Below are positions 1 through 9,458 of a stretch of 52,353 nt of DNA, piece by piece. Position 1 is the stretch's first letter; the number at the start of each line of letters is the position of its first letter. Where the stretch lies: NCBI GenBank assembly GCA_018649885.1, contig JABIHA010000018.1:62001-114353 (forward strand), in the 5' to 3' direction. This stretch comes from Bacteriovoracaceae bacterium. Lineage in GTDB: Bacteria; Bdellovibrionota; Bacteriovoracia; Bacteriovoracales; Bacteriovoracaceae. The notes beneath the pieces are model-generated. The model had not been told where the DNA came from. It was given only the letters and a program-made list of their open reading frames with translations, and ran no database searches. The translations under genes were made by a program, and so were the position numbers.

Positions 1-462
1 TGGCTCTTTTCGATTTAACAGTTTTAAATCATTATCTTCATTTGTATAAAGCTCTTTTTCCACAATTTCAAAATCGTCATGTGAGCTGTGTTCATCTAGA
101 TTCATTTGATATAGTAGCCATTCATTATTTTGGTATTTTTGATTTTGGGTTTTAAGATCTCCCTTAATATTAGAAGTTTCATCTTCTCTAAGAGTTTGAT
201 CTACTGATAAGATAGATTTTTCTCTTAAGAACTTGTGAGTTTCAAAATCTCCCTCGAAGAAACTATCAGACTTCTCCAAATATTCTAAATCATTTCTATC
301 TTCCTCTGAAATTGAAGAGAGCTCATCGTCCTGGTCGAGATGGGGATTGTGGGTGCGGTTTGAATCTAACTCATTTTCCTGGGCTAACGCCGTAGTTGCT
401 ACTAGTAGAACAATCCATTTGAAAATTTTGAAAAGAGCAGTTTTCTTATTCAACCATGCCAT
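1..462 (-). CDS. Exported hypothetical protein, 3' part runs off the window start
   Basis: Manual translation MAWLNKKTALFKIFKWIVLLVATTALAQENELDS..., open to position 1; signal-peptide-like N-terminus (ALA/Q). Alternative TTG start at 453. Not in the ORF track. Confidence 0.75.
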   Translation of the reverse strand, partial: MAWLNKKTALFKIFKWIVLLVATTALAQENELDSNRTHNPHLDQDDELSSISEEDRNDLEYLEKSDSFFEGDFETHKFLREKSILSVDQTLREDETSNIKGDLKTQNQKYQNNEWLLYQMNLDEHSSHDDFEIVEKELYTNEDNDLKLLNRKEP

Positions 463-589
463 CCTTATATATCTATTATCGCTGCCAGCTAAGTTGGCCA
501 CAATGGGGAATATTTGGATGGAGTCAGCGCAGCAATGGTCAGGTGCTTAATATACCGACTATTAATTGTGGGCCTGTGCTTAATTTGGT

Positions 590-1273
590 ATGAATAGAGT
601 AATGGATATCCAAAGTATAGTTTTCAAAATTGCAGTTTCTTTCCCCGGTTTTCTTGTGGCAATCATTTGCCATGAAGTGGCCCATGGCTATGTTGCCATG
701 CGTTTTGGCGACCACACTGCCAAGTCTGCCGGTCGGTTAAATTTTAATCTTATGACTCATGCAGATCCTATAGGAACTCTTTTGATTCCGTTAATTGGAT
801 TTGGCATGGGATTTCCCATTATCGGCTGGGCCAAGCCAGTGCCTATTAATCCGAGGAATTTTTCCAATTATAAAAAGGGACTTTTCTGGGTCAGCTTTGC
901 CGGACCACTCACTAATTTTGTTCTGGGAGTTTTCTCGGCGATTTTAATGGCGATTTGTATTTTTATCATCCCCTCAGATTTTTTTCTCAGAGGCCCATTC
1001 ATTCAGATGTTAGAGTTTTCAATTCTGATCAATTTTGTGCTCTTCCTTTTTAATCTGATTCCACTTCCTCCGCTTGATGGCTCGAGAATGCTCAGTATCT
1101 TTCTCGATTACAATACAAATTTGAAGTATCAGCAGCTTGGTAATTACACAACAATCATACTTCTCGCACTACTATTTACAGGTGCCCTGAGATATTTGTT
1201 CATGCCAATTATTTGGCTTGCCCAGGTAACAATTGCGCTTTGTAACTATGTAGTGCTGATGATATTTTCGTGA
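590..1273 (+). CDS. Site-2 protease (M50) family membrane metalloprotease
   Basis: HEVAH, AGPLTN and NLIPLPPLDG motifs; hydrophobic; usual position upstream of trpS/scpA. Confidence 0.92.
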   Translation: MNRVMDIQSIVFKIAVSFPGFLVAIICHEVAHGYVAMRFGDHTAKSAGRLNFNLMTHADPIGTLLIPLIGFGMGFPIIGWAKPVPINPRNFSNYKKGLFWVSFAGPLTNFVLGVFSAILMAICIFIIPSDFFLRGPFIQMLEFSILINFVLFLFNLIPLPPLDGSRMLSIFLDYNTNLKYQQLGNYTTIILLALLFTGALRYLFMPIIWLAQVTIALCNYVVLMIFS

Positions 1274-1280
1274 GGAATAA

Positions 1281-2258
1281 ATGAGTGATTTAGTTGTCAG
1301 TGGAATGAGGCCAACCGGCTCTCTTCATATGGGTCATTATGTCGGAGTCATAGAGAACTGGCTTGATCTTCAAAAAAAATACCCATGTTACTTTTTCTTA
1401 GCTGACTGGCATGCCCTTACTTCAAACTACCAAAAAGTCGAAGTTATAAAACAAAGTCGCTATGAATATGTCAAAGGCTGGATTGCCAGTGGTATTGATG
1501 CCGAAAAATGTGTGGTTTACAATCAGTCTGCCATTTCTGAGGTTTTAAATCTAAGCCAACTTTTTCTATGCTTAACTCCTCCCGGTTGGGCCGAACGATC
1601 TCCAAGCTGGAAGGACCTTAAAACCAATCCAGATAAAGTTCACGACAACCTTGGATTTTTTACTTATCCGGTTCTTCAAAGTGCAGATATTTCAATTATG
1701 AATGGAAAGTTTGTTCCAGTTGGCGAAGATCAGGTGGCCCACGTTGAATTATCCAGAGATATTGTCAAAAAATTCAACCGCCTCTATAGGGGCAAATTGA
1801 AAGAACCCGAGGCCATTTTAACAAAAGTTTCCAGGTTAGTTGGCACTGATGGTGACTCAAAAATGAGTTCTTCTAAGAAGAATGCCATAACGCTCAGAGA
1901 AACAGAAAAGAGTCTTCAGAAAAAAGTGAACAAAATGGTCACTGATATGAAAAGAATGGGCATTAATGATGCAGGAAACCCAGACAATTGCTCGGTCTTT
2001 TCATACCATAAAATCTTCAGTCCAAATGAAACTGTAGTTGAAGTTGATTCGGGGTGTCGTAAAGCTCAGCTTGGTTGCGGAGAATGCAAAGCAAAGCTAG
2101 GTGGATTTTTAAAAGAAAAGTTTATTCCTATTGCCGAAAAAATGAATGCAATATCAGATGCCGATGTAGATGATATTTTGAGTTCTGGTAATAAGAGGGC
2201 CAAGGAGTTGGCGGGAAGAACTTGGGATGAAGTTCAAACATCTATCAAGTTTTTGTAA
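1281..2258 (+). CDS. trpS: Tryptophanyl-tRNA synthetase
   Basis: SGMRPTG..HMGH (HIGH), YPVLQSADI, VPVGEDQ, KMSSS (KMSKS). Confidence 0.97.
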   Translation: MSDLVVSGMRPTGSLHMGHYVGVIENWLDLQKKYPCYFFLADWHALTSNYQKVEVIKQSRYEYVKGWIASGIDAEKCVVYNQSAISEVLNLSQLFLCLTPPGWAERSPSWKDLKTNPDKVHDNLGFFTYPVLQSADISIMNGKFVPVGEDQVAHVELSRDIVKKFNRLYRGKLKEPEAILTKVSRLVGTDGDSKMSSSKKNAITLRETEKSLQKKVNKMVTDMKRMGINDAGNPDNCSVFSYHKIFSPNETVVEVDSGCRKAQLGCGECKAKLGGFLKEKFIPIAEKMNAISDADVDDILSSGNKRAKELAGRTWDEVQTSIKFL

Positions 2259-2288
2259 ATTATAAAACTAAGGAAGGAATACTGTTAG

Positions 2289-3161
2289 ATGAGCCAAGAT
2301 CAAATTAGGGTAAAAACAGATAGATTCGATGGGCCTTTAAGCCTACTTCTACTGCTCATTCAAAAACATGAAATGAGTATTAGAGATTTCGATCTGACGG
2401 TTATTACGAAACAATACCTTGAGTTTTTAAATAAAATGAAAGAGCTCAATTTTGATATTGCTGGTGATTACCTATATCTGGCAGCAAGTCTTATTTTCAT
2501 CAAATCAAAATCTTGTATTCTTGAAGAAGATGAAAAAGGGCTTTTGGATCAATTGGCCATAGGTGATAGAGAGCTCTCAAGAGAAGAGCTTATTAAAAGA
2601 CTCGAAGCCTTGCAAAGGTTTCAAGCTCTGGGTAAGTCTCTTTGGAGCTTGCCAAAAAAAGGGCATGAGGTATTCACCCGTCCTAAAGTCAATAGAAAGG
2701 CCATCATCAACAGCATTCTGACTCCTATCGAGTTAGACAAGCTAACCATAACAATGATTGATCTTCTCAGAAGAAATAAGAGAAAATTTACTGTTATTAC
2801 AAGAGATCGAATTTCTATAAAAGAAAAATTAATCTCTCTTAAGTCTCTTCTTCTAAAAGGTGCTCATGTTAATTTTAGAGAACTGCTGTGTGAAGACAGA
2901 AGTAATGATGACACAGTTATCACCTTTATCTCTTTATTAGAGTTAGCTAGATTAAAAAGAATTTCCCTTTTTCAAAATGAAACTTTTGGAAATATTTATA
3001 TAGATGTTTTAGAGTCCCTTGAAAATTTTGATGTCAATTCGGCTGATGGTTTTGATGATGAAAACGAAGATGAAGATGAAGGGCTCCAGCATCAACCCCC
3101 ACCTCAACACGTTGAAGTCTTGAATGGTGAAGAGATGAGTTCTGGTGATTTATTGCAGTAA
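2289..3161 (+). CDS. scpA: Segregation and condensation protein A (kleisin)
   Basis: FDGPLSLLLLLI N-terminal motif; TFISLLELAR...QNETFGNI C-terminal motif; acidic tail. Confidence 0.95.
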   Translation: MSQDQIRVKTDRFDGPLSLLLLLIQKHEMSIRDFDLTVITKQYLEFLNKMKELNFDIAGDYLYLAASLIFIKSKSCILEEDEKGLLDQLAIGDRELSREELIKRLEALQRFQALGKSLWSLPKKGHEVFTRPKVNRKAIINSILTPIELDKLTITMIDLLRRNKRKFTVITRDRISIKEKLISLKSLLLKGAHVNFRELLCEDRSNDDTVITFISLLELARLKRISLFQNETFGNIYIDVLESLENFDVNSADGFDDENEDEDEGLQHQPPPQHVEVLNGEEMSSGDLLQ

Positions 3162-3173
3162 GAGGAAAGTGAA

Positions 3174-4769
3174 ATGGAAATGAATGACGAAAATGAATTA
3201 AATAAAATTGAAGTTCAAACTGATCTTGTCGACGGCAGCGATTGCGAGATACCAGAAACTCACGAGCTAGAAGCCAGCTCAGAAGATACTGATCAGGCCG
3301 AACTACTCGTTGAAGAAACTCACGAACTAGAAGTAAGCTCAGAAGATACTGATGAAGCTGAACTTCAAGAAGAAAATACCTCACTGGAAGCTAGCTCAGA
3401 AGACCATGACGAGCAAACTGAAAGTGCGCTCAGTGAGCAAGATGAGCAACTTCTTTGGCAAGCTAGAACAGGTCTAAGTTTAGAAACACTTCCCGCTGCA
3501 ATTGAGACCCTTGTTTTTATGAGTGACAATCCGCTAAGGATACAAAAAATTAAAAGTTTTATTGATGATGAAATACCTCTAAGAGTTATTCACGATGCTA
3601 TTGCTCAGTTGCAAGAAGAGTATGAAAAACCTCATCACGGCATTAGATTACTTGAAGTTGCTGAAGGATATCAATTTAGAACAAAGGCCACATACTCAAG
3701 ATTTGTACAGGATCTATTTAAAGTAACATCTCTTGTTCTTTCTCCTACTGCTTTAGAAGTACTGGCCATTATTGCTTACAAGCAGCCTGTTTCTAAAACT
3801 GAGGTAGAAAAGATTCGTGGTGTTGATAGCTCCCATATTGTCCGCGCTCTAATGGACAAGCGCCTAGTGAGAATTTGTGGAAGATCTGAAGAAATGGGAA
3901 GGCCTTCACAATACGCAACGACTACAGAATTCTTAGAAGTTTTCAATTTAAAAGATATCTCTGAGCTTCCGCCAGAATTTGAACTTGAAGCTATGGCCGA
4001 GACCAACAATATTGGCGAAATTAGCGATATAAAAAATCTTGTTTCAAATGGAGACAAGGCCAAATTTTTCTTTGATGAGATTGGAGAGCTAGACGAGCTC
4101 GCCTCGCAAATTAAAAATATTAGTGTGGATACTGATTTTACAAAAACTTTGAAAAATTCTGCCAAAGTAAAAAGAGAAGAGGGAGTGCCGGTTAAAAGTG
4201 CTTTTGATTTACTTGAAGAATTTATCATTAAAGAGAGCATTGAAAAACAAAACCAAGTTTCACTACTGTCTGAAGCTTTGGCCCTAGGGACTAAACCTAG
4301 AGTTGTTGATCCCAAAGAAGAGGGGATTTTGAATGCACCAAGAGAAGAAGAGGAAGAAGAAGAGGTTTATCTATATCCTGAGTTAATCGAAGAAGATGAG
4401 CAGAGGTTGGCCCGCGAGAAAGAAGAGCTAGATCTTGAAGAAGCGGATCTCACTGATGCTCTAGATGCAGCTTTCGATAATCTTAGAAAAAATGCTGAAG
4501 ATGAGGATGAGACCCTAGAAAAAGAAGACAAAGATGAAGTGGATCTAAGCGAAGCTCTAGATGCAGCTTTTGAAAATCTTAGAAAAAATGCTCTAAGTGA
4601 TGATGAGGCAATGGAGAGTTTTGGTCCAATCACTGAGTCTGAAAAGAGGCTTGAAAACACGCTAAATGATGTCAGTGAACAAGCAGAGGAGCTTGATCTA
4701 GATTTAAGTTTTCTCAGCAACTCCTCAGATACTGAAATCGATCCCGATGAACTAGGGGACAAACACTAA
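3174..4769 (+). CDS. scpB: SMC-Scp complex subunit ScpB with long acidic N- and C-terminal extensions
   Basis: GYQFRT, ALEVLAIIAYKQP, IRGVDS, GRP..Y.TT.EFL..F.L..ISELP core; follows scpA. Confidence 0.93.
   Translation: MEMNDENELNKIEVQTDLVDGSDCEIPETHELEASSEDTDQAELLVEETHELEVSSEDTDEAELQEENTSLEASSEDHDEQTESALSEQDEQLLWQARTGLSLETLPAAIETLVFMSDNPLRIQKIKSFIDDEIPLRVIHDAIAQLQEEYEKPHHGIRLLEVAEGYQFRTKATYSRFVQDLFKVTSLVLSPTALEVLAIIAYKQPVSKTEVEKIRGVDSSHIVRALMDKRLVRICGRSEEMGRPSQYATTTEFLEVFNLKDISELPPEFELEAMAETNNIGEISDIKNLVSNGDKAKFFFDEIGELDELASQIKNISVDTDFTKTLKNSAKVKREEGVPVKSAFDLLEEFIIKESIEKQNQVSLLSEALALGTKPRVVDPKEEGILNAPREEEEEEEVYLYPELIEEDEQRLAREKEELDLEEADLTDALDAAFDNLRKNAEDEDETLEKEDKDEVDLSEALDAAFENLRKNALSDDEAMESFGPITESEKRLENTLNDVSEQAEELDLDLSFLSNSSDTEIDPDELGDKH
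3254..3413 (+). repeat. ~60-bp (20-aa) degenerate tandem repeat in the scpB 5' region, about 2.7 copies
   Basis: ETHELEASSEDTDQAELLVE / ETHELEVSSEDTDEAELQEE / NTSLEASSEDHDE. Confidence 0.85.
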
Positions 4770-4886
4770 AATTATCTGCTGTAATTACAGCTAGATAAGG
4801 TCCTTGCACTTTTGCTGCGCAACTGATAAAAATGGCCACCTAATATAAACTTAAACAGCCGTGAGGCAGATTGAGGAATCTAAGCT

Positions 4887-5843
4887 ATGACTAACTCCCT
4901 ACAAATCCGTTTACAAAAAGCTATCGCAGATAGTGGTTATACATCCAGAAGAAAGGCAGAGGATCTAATTGTCCAAGGCAGAGTCAAAGTCAACGGCATC
5001 GTTGTAACTGAGCTTGGAACTAAGGTCAGTGTTAAAGAAGATGCCATTCAGGTAGATGGAACAAGCCTTGATCCAACTTCAACAGAAAAACTCTATATTC
5101 TACTCAATAAGCCTAGAGCATTTATGACAACTCTTTCAGATCCTGAACAGAGGAAAACAATAATTGATTTAATTCCAGAAATTTCAGAAAGAGTTTACCC
5201 TGTAGGTAGACTCGATTACCTTTCAGAGGGACTTCTTATTTTGACCAATGATGGAAGTGTTGCAAATATGATTGCGCACCCTAGGTACGAAATTGAAAAA
5301 GTTTACGAAGTAAAAATATTTGGAAGGATGAATGATTATATTTTGAAAACCTTGCGCTCGGGAGTTGAATTAGAAGATGGATTTGCAAAGCCAAAATCTG
5401 TTCGAGTTATAAAGCAGCTTCCCACTAAAACTTGGTTAGAGTTTAGATTGCAAGAGGGAAGAAATAGAGAAATTAGAAGAATTTGTGAGGCCTGTGGTCT
5501 TACAGTTGATAAGCTCAAAAGGGTGGCCATCGGGGAAGTTAATATCGATGGAATTGCACCAGGAAGGTATCAATTAATTGCCAAAAATCGTCTTTTGAGG
5601 CTTCTGGGAATAGATGCTGATGGCCAAAAAGTTAAATCAGTGAACTACCGATCTACTAAAAAGAGCATTGGAGCAAGGCCTGGCATGGGAAAGAAGAAAA
5701 CTCCTACCCTTTTGGCCAATGATGAGAAGTTTCACGGTCTTAGAAAATCTAATTATTACGAGACCCTAGATCGAAGAAAGGCCATCAAGGCCGAAATTGA
5801 AGCTGCCAAGAAAGCAGAGTATTTAAAAAGTAGACGGCCTTAG
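4887..5843 (+). CDS. rluB: 23S rRNA pseudouridine synthase, RluB/RsuA family
   Basis: S4 domain (RLQKAIA..G..SRRKAE), VGRLDYLSEGLL catalytic motif, EGRNREIRR; scpA-scpB-rluB synteny. Confidence 0.92.
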   Translation: MTNSLQIRLQKAIADSGYTSRRKAEDLIVQGRVKVNGIVVTELGTKVSVKEDAIQVDGTSLDPTSTEKLYILLNKPRAFMTTLSDPEQRKTIIDLIPEISERVYPVGRLDYLSEGLLILTNDGSVANMIAHPRYEIEKVYEVKIFGRMNDYILKTLRSGVELEDGFAKPKSVRVIKQLPTKTWLEFRLQEGRNREIRRICEACGLTVDKLKRVAIGEVNIDGIAPGRYQLIAKNRLLRLLGIDADGQKVKSVNYRSTKKSIGARPGMGKKKTPTLLANDEKFHGLRKSNYYETLDRRKAIKAEIEAAKKAEYLKSRRP

Positions 5844-5896
5844 TAGTTATTACAAATTCAGGCAAAAGTACTTAAGTAAGTAATATAATTACTCTC

Positions 5897-6997
5897 ATGA
5901 TAACTCGTTCACTCATTTCTATCTTTTTTGTAGCAGTAGTTTTTCTATGTGCTCAAGGTGAACTATGGGCAAAACCCCGCTGCACCCGGAATCAAAGTAA
6001 TGTAGAAGAGTACCTCATTTATAATGTTGCTCAGACTTACAAGGGCAAGTTATTTCGTTTTAAATCCTGCCTCAAAAAATACAAAAAGAAATTTAATCCA
6101 AGAAGTGAATTTTTAAAGATTCTACAAGATAAAATAATTAATAAGAAAGCGGTCGAGAAGCTTGAAGTTTACTTTGGGGTTTTTAGTAAAGAAGATGTTA
6201 AATCTGATTTTTTTCCTATTCACAATACTCTTAGGCAGTCGTGTTTTACTTTTTGCTATGGAGATGAACATAGCTCTAAAAATTTGATGAAGCACTTTAT
6301 AGGTAATGGCTATGGCGTTAACGAAGCCGATATGAACGATGTTCGGCCGTTTGATATTTTTTTGGATAGAGCGGTCCTAGGAGCTCAATACGAATATGAA
6401 TTTGAGTCTGAAAGAAAAAATGTTTTTCGAGTTTGGAATGTTTATTATCGCCTTCTCAAGAGAAGGGGCTTAGATTTACTCTTGGAGGCAAGAGGTGAAA
6501 ATGATTTTATTTTTAAAATTTTGTCAGGAATTGATTCGCAAGCAAGTACTTATGGATCACATAAATCAAAAGAATATTATATTTCTGTTTTGAATGACTA
6601 TTTAAGTGATGAATACTTGTCAGCTAATCGTGAAAAAATCATAGAAAGAAGATATCTGGAAAAAATATTTACTAATTTTTCACAAACGTCTCGATTTAAC
6701 AATCTTGACAGTTTCTACAGTGAGTATCCAGTTTTGATTAATTTTGTATACTCAAAAAAAATTGATCTTCCTCTTGTTGATAATACCATTAATCCAGGTG
6801 ATACAATTTTTCACCAAGCAGTTAATAATAAGCATTTTGAGCTAGTAAGCAATTTGTGTGCGAACTATCCAACGTTTTTGTTAAAAGAGGATCATCAAGG
6901 CGACACTCCTGCCCAACTTGGACTAAATTCCTATGAGCAAGTAATTACAGATAAAATATGGGGTACTATAAAAGAAAAAAAAATTGCATCAATTTGA
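5897..6997 (+). CDS. Exported protein with C-terminal ankyrin-like repeats; possibly the 5' half of a frameshifted gene
   Basis: Signal peptide; GDTIFHQAV..KHFELV and GDTPAQL ankyrin-like motifs. Confidence 0.7.
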   Translation: MITRSLISIFFVAVVFLCAQGELWAKPRCTRNQSNVEEYLIYNVAQTYKGKLFRFKSCLKKYKKKFNPRSEFLKILQDKIINKKAVEKLEVYFGVFSKEDVKSDFFPIHNTLRQSCFTFCYGDEHSSKNLMKHFIGNGYGVNEADMNDVRPFDIFLDRAVLGAQYEYEFESERKNVFRVWNVYYRLLKRRGLDLLLEARGENDFIFKILSGIDSQASTYGSHKSKEYYISVLNDYLSDEYLSANREKIIERRYLEKIFTNFSQTSRFNNLDSFYSEYPVLINFVYSKKIDLPLVDNTINPGDTIFHQAVNNKHFELVSNLCANYPTFLLKEDHQGDTPAQLGLNSYEQVITDKIWGTIKEKKIASI

Positions 6998-7544
6998 TAA
7001 TCCTAAATGGCTCTATGGAGTCGTATTTTTAAAAAAAGAAGAGCTGGCCCTTGAGATGTTTAATTTGGGTTACTCGGTAGAGCCGTTTGATGATAGATCA
7101 CATATATTGTACAGGGCCATTGATGCGAAGTTAGAAGATTTTTCTATCGCTGTTATCGATAGTGGGCAGGTAGAAGTAAACTTACCTGGTTTTATGGATA
7201 CTTCTTTTTTGTCTGAGGCGATAGAAAACGGATCTGAGCGTATTGTTAGACATTTAATTAATGCAGGAGCTGATCTAAATAAAAGAGGGCGTTTTGATGA
7301 ACTATCACTTCACGTTGCTGCTGAAGAGGATAGCCTTATAATAGTAGAGTATCTTGTGAATGAATATAAAAAGAAGGGGATCTCGCTCGATGTAAAAGAT
7401 CGTTTTGGCCTTACTCCACTTCACCGAGCGGCCAATAGGAAACAACTTGAGATATATGATTTTTTAATTTCAGAGGGAGCGAACCCACTAGCTAGAAATG
7501 ATTTCTCTAAAACACCTGAAGATTTTTTAAATGAAGATGATTGA
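6984..7544 (+). CDS. Ankyrin-repeat protein; possibly the 3' half of a frameshifted gene
   Basis: LINAGADLN, SLHVAA, GLTPLHRAA, GANPLARN..KTP; TTG start without a clear SD. Confidence 0.8.
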   Translation: MHQFDNPKWLYGVVFLKKEELALEMFNLGYSVEPFDDRSHILYRAIDAKLEDFSIAVIDSGQVEVNLPGFMDTSFLSEAIENGSERIVRHLINAGADLNKRGRFDELSLHVAAEEDSLIIVEYLVNEYKKKGISLDVKDRFGLTPLHRAANRKQLEIYDFLISEGANPLARNDFSKTPEDFLNEDD

Positions 7545-7550
7545 TGAAAT

Positions 7551-7856
7551 TTAGCAGTCCCAATTAACCACGTCAGAATTCTCTAGCAGTTCGTTTAACT
7601 TATCTATAGAAAACTCGATGGCCTGTTGACCGTAGGGGATAGCATTTTTATCACCCGCAAAGTGGCTTAATTTGATCAGAGAGGCACATATTTGCATGAA
7701 ATTACCACTAGCATTGAAGAACTCAGACTCAGCATCTGCTGTCAGCATATGGGTGATCATGGTGTTAAGGGATTTGATTAGTCTAACCTGATGGGGCGTA
7801 AGCTCGCTAATATCTAGGTCCAACTGGATGATTTTCTCTTCAAACTTCTTGCCCAT
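7551..7856 (-). CDS. Hypothetical protein
   Basis: 101-aa ORF with AAGGA SD upstream; no recognised motif. Confidence 0.7.
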   Translation of the reverse strand: MGKKFEEKIIQLDLDISELTPHQVRLIKSLNTMITHMLTADAESEFFNASGNFMQICASLIKLSHFAGDKNAIPYGQQAIEFSIDKLNELLENSDVVNWDC

Positions 7857-7979
7857 TATTCAATTCCTTTTTAACTTTTCCTACCCCCCTTTTATCGGCG
7901 ATAATCGTTGTGATTTTAGCTGTTTATGTCCGAGTAAATAGTTTTTAAGCTAAGTTATTAAAGTAATGGAAGAAGTTAC

Positions 7980-8008
7980 TAGACGAATTCACTTATAAAT
8001 TATATAAA
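7980..8008 (+). promoter_or_regulatory. Putative sigma70 promoter of the tRNA gene
   Basis: TAGACG-N17-TATAAA ending 30 nt before the tRNA. Confidence 0.45.
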
Positions 8009-8038
8009 CCCTCTAGTCTTTTCAAATGGTTAAGTTGA

Positions 8039-8128
<90 letters not shown>

Positions 8129-8131
8129 GTT

Positions 8132-8163
8132 AGGGGATCCATCGGGATCCCCTTCTTTTTTTT
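8132..8163 (+). terminator. Intrinsic terminator after the tRNA (element-borne copy)
   Basis: AGGGGATCC-ATCG-GGATCCCCT followed by a T-run. Confidence 0.9.
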
Positions 8164-8183
8164 CGGGCCACATTTCGGGCCAA
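8161..8183 (+). repeat. Putative integrase arm-type sites
   Basis: TTTCGGGCCA at 8161 and 8173; TCGGGCCAA recurs at 16306-16314 inside the right end. Confidence 0.65.
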
Positions 8184-8196
8184 AGCCACCTCAGAA

Positions 8197-8228
8197 CCCT
8201 GCAGAAAAAATTATAAAAGCTGCAGGAT
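8197..8228 (+). repeat. 32-bp repeat copy 1 (upstream of int)
   Basis: 28/32 identical to 9371-9402; contains CCTGCA-N17-TGCAGG. Confidence 0.8.
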
Positions 8229-8259
8229 ACAATCCAAATTTGTTCATCTATTAAAATTT

Positions 8260-9387
8260 ATGGCAAAGCCGACTAAACATTATGGTAAGTGGAGAATTCG
8301 CTGGAGCGATGAAAGAGGATGTAGAAAATCTGAATCATTTGATAGCAAAGAAGATGCTGACTTCTATCTTAAAAAATATGAGGTTGAGGTAGAGGAAATT
8401 AAAAGGGGGATTAGAAAAAGAAATTCTCTTCAATTGTCTGCAGGAAAAAAGAGATACACTTTTAATCAAACAACCGAATACTGGCTTAAAAAAAAGGCTC
8501 ATACAAAAAGAAGTTTAAAAGATGATGTATCAATTTTGCGAAAGCATCTGTCTCCGTTTTTTGGAGAATACTATCTTGAAGAGATTGGAGTGGAGACCGT
8601 TGATAAATTTCAAATTAGACTAAATTCTTTAAAGCCAAAAACAGTCTCGAATATTCTCACTCTACTAATTTCCATTTTGAACTTGGCCAAAGAGCTAGAG
8701 TGGATTGAAAAAGTCCCAGCAATTAAAAAGCCGAAGGTTGATATTTGTTCAACTGATTATAAGTATCTGAAAACTTCTGGAGAAGTTACCAATTTCTTAA
8801 GATCCGCAAAGCAAGTAGGAGAGTATAATTACACTCTTTACTTAATGGCCCTCTCTACTGGTCTTAGGCAAGGTGAGTTAGCTGCACTGGTGTGGAGTGA
8901 CATTGACTTCCCAAACCAAGTTATAAGGGTAAATAAGAGCTTTAGAGGTCCAACTAAGTCAGGGCGGTCTAGGGTGGTCCCGATATTGGACAATCTATTG
9001 AATGATCTCAAGGCCTGGAGGTTGAAAAATCCCAGTTCACTAATATTTCCAAACCAAAAAGGTAACATGCATTCACCTGGGGCGAGAGTATTTAAGCAAC
9101 ACTTTAAAGAAACTCTTGGAATCGCTGGGTTTGAATCAAAAAAAATAGGTCGAAAAGAGGTACACTATATTACATTCCATGGACTGAGGCATACTTTTGC
9201 ATCCCACTGGATGATGAATGGCGGTGATATTTTTAAACTTCAAAAAATATTAGGCCACCAAGATATTTCGATTACAATGAGGTACGCCCACCTTTCACCA
9301 AATGCTTTTCAAAGTGATCTCAACAGGTTCGATTGTTTTTCAGCCGTCTCAACCTTAGATAATTTAATTTCCCTGCAAAAAAAATGA
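8260..9387 (+). CDS. int: Tyrosine recombinase/integrase
   Basis: GLRQGEL (R), PTKSG (K), FHGLRH (HxxR), ILGH, MRYAH (Y); N-terminal arm-binding-like domain. Confidence 0.96.
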   Translation: MAKPTKHYGKWRIRWSDERGCRKSESFDSKEDADFYLKKYEVEVEEIKRGIRKRNSLQLSAGKKRYTFNQTTEYWLKKKAHTKRSLKDDVSILRKHLSPFFGEYYLEEIGVETVDKFQIRLNSLKPKTVSNILTLLISILNLAKELEWIEKVPAIKKPKVDICSTDYKYLKTSGEVTNFLRSAKQVGEYNYTLYLMALSTGLRQGELAALVWSDIDFPNQVIRVNKSFRGPTKSGRSRVVPILDNLLNDLKAWRLKNPSSLIFPNQKGNMHSPGARVFKQHFKETLGIAGFESKKIGRKEVHYITFHGLRHTFASHWMMNGGDIFKLQKILGHQDISITMRYAHLSPNAFQSDLNRFDCFSAVSTLDNLISLQKK

Positions 9388-9402
9388 GAAAACCTGCAGG
9401 AT
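9371..9402 (+). repeat. 32-bp repeat copy 2 (over the int stop, upstream of xis)
   Basis: CCCTGCAAAAAAAATGAGAAAACCTGCAGGAT versus CCCTGCAGAAAAAATTATAAAAGCTGCAGGAT. Confidence 0.8.
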
Positions 9403-9458
9403 CAATTGTGAAAAAAATGTTTTAGAAAGTTCAAATCATCTTTAGAAAGGAGATTTGG

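Noticed and set aside
347..550. 67-aa plus-strand ORF
   Set aside because: Overlaps the better-supported minus-strand signal-peptide gene and the divergent promoter region.
3034..4762. Antisense ORFs over scpA/scpB, and similar short ORFs nested in other genes across the window
   Set aside because: Shadows of well-supported genes, with Ser/Phe-rich composition mirroring Glu/Lys codons.
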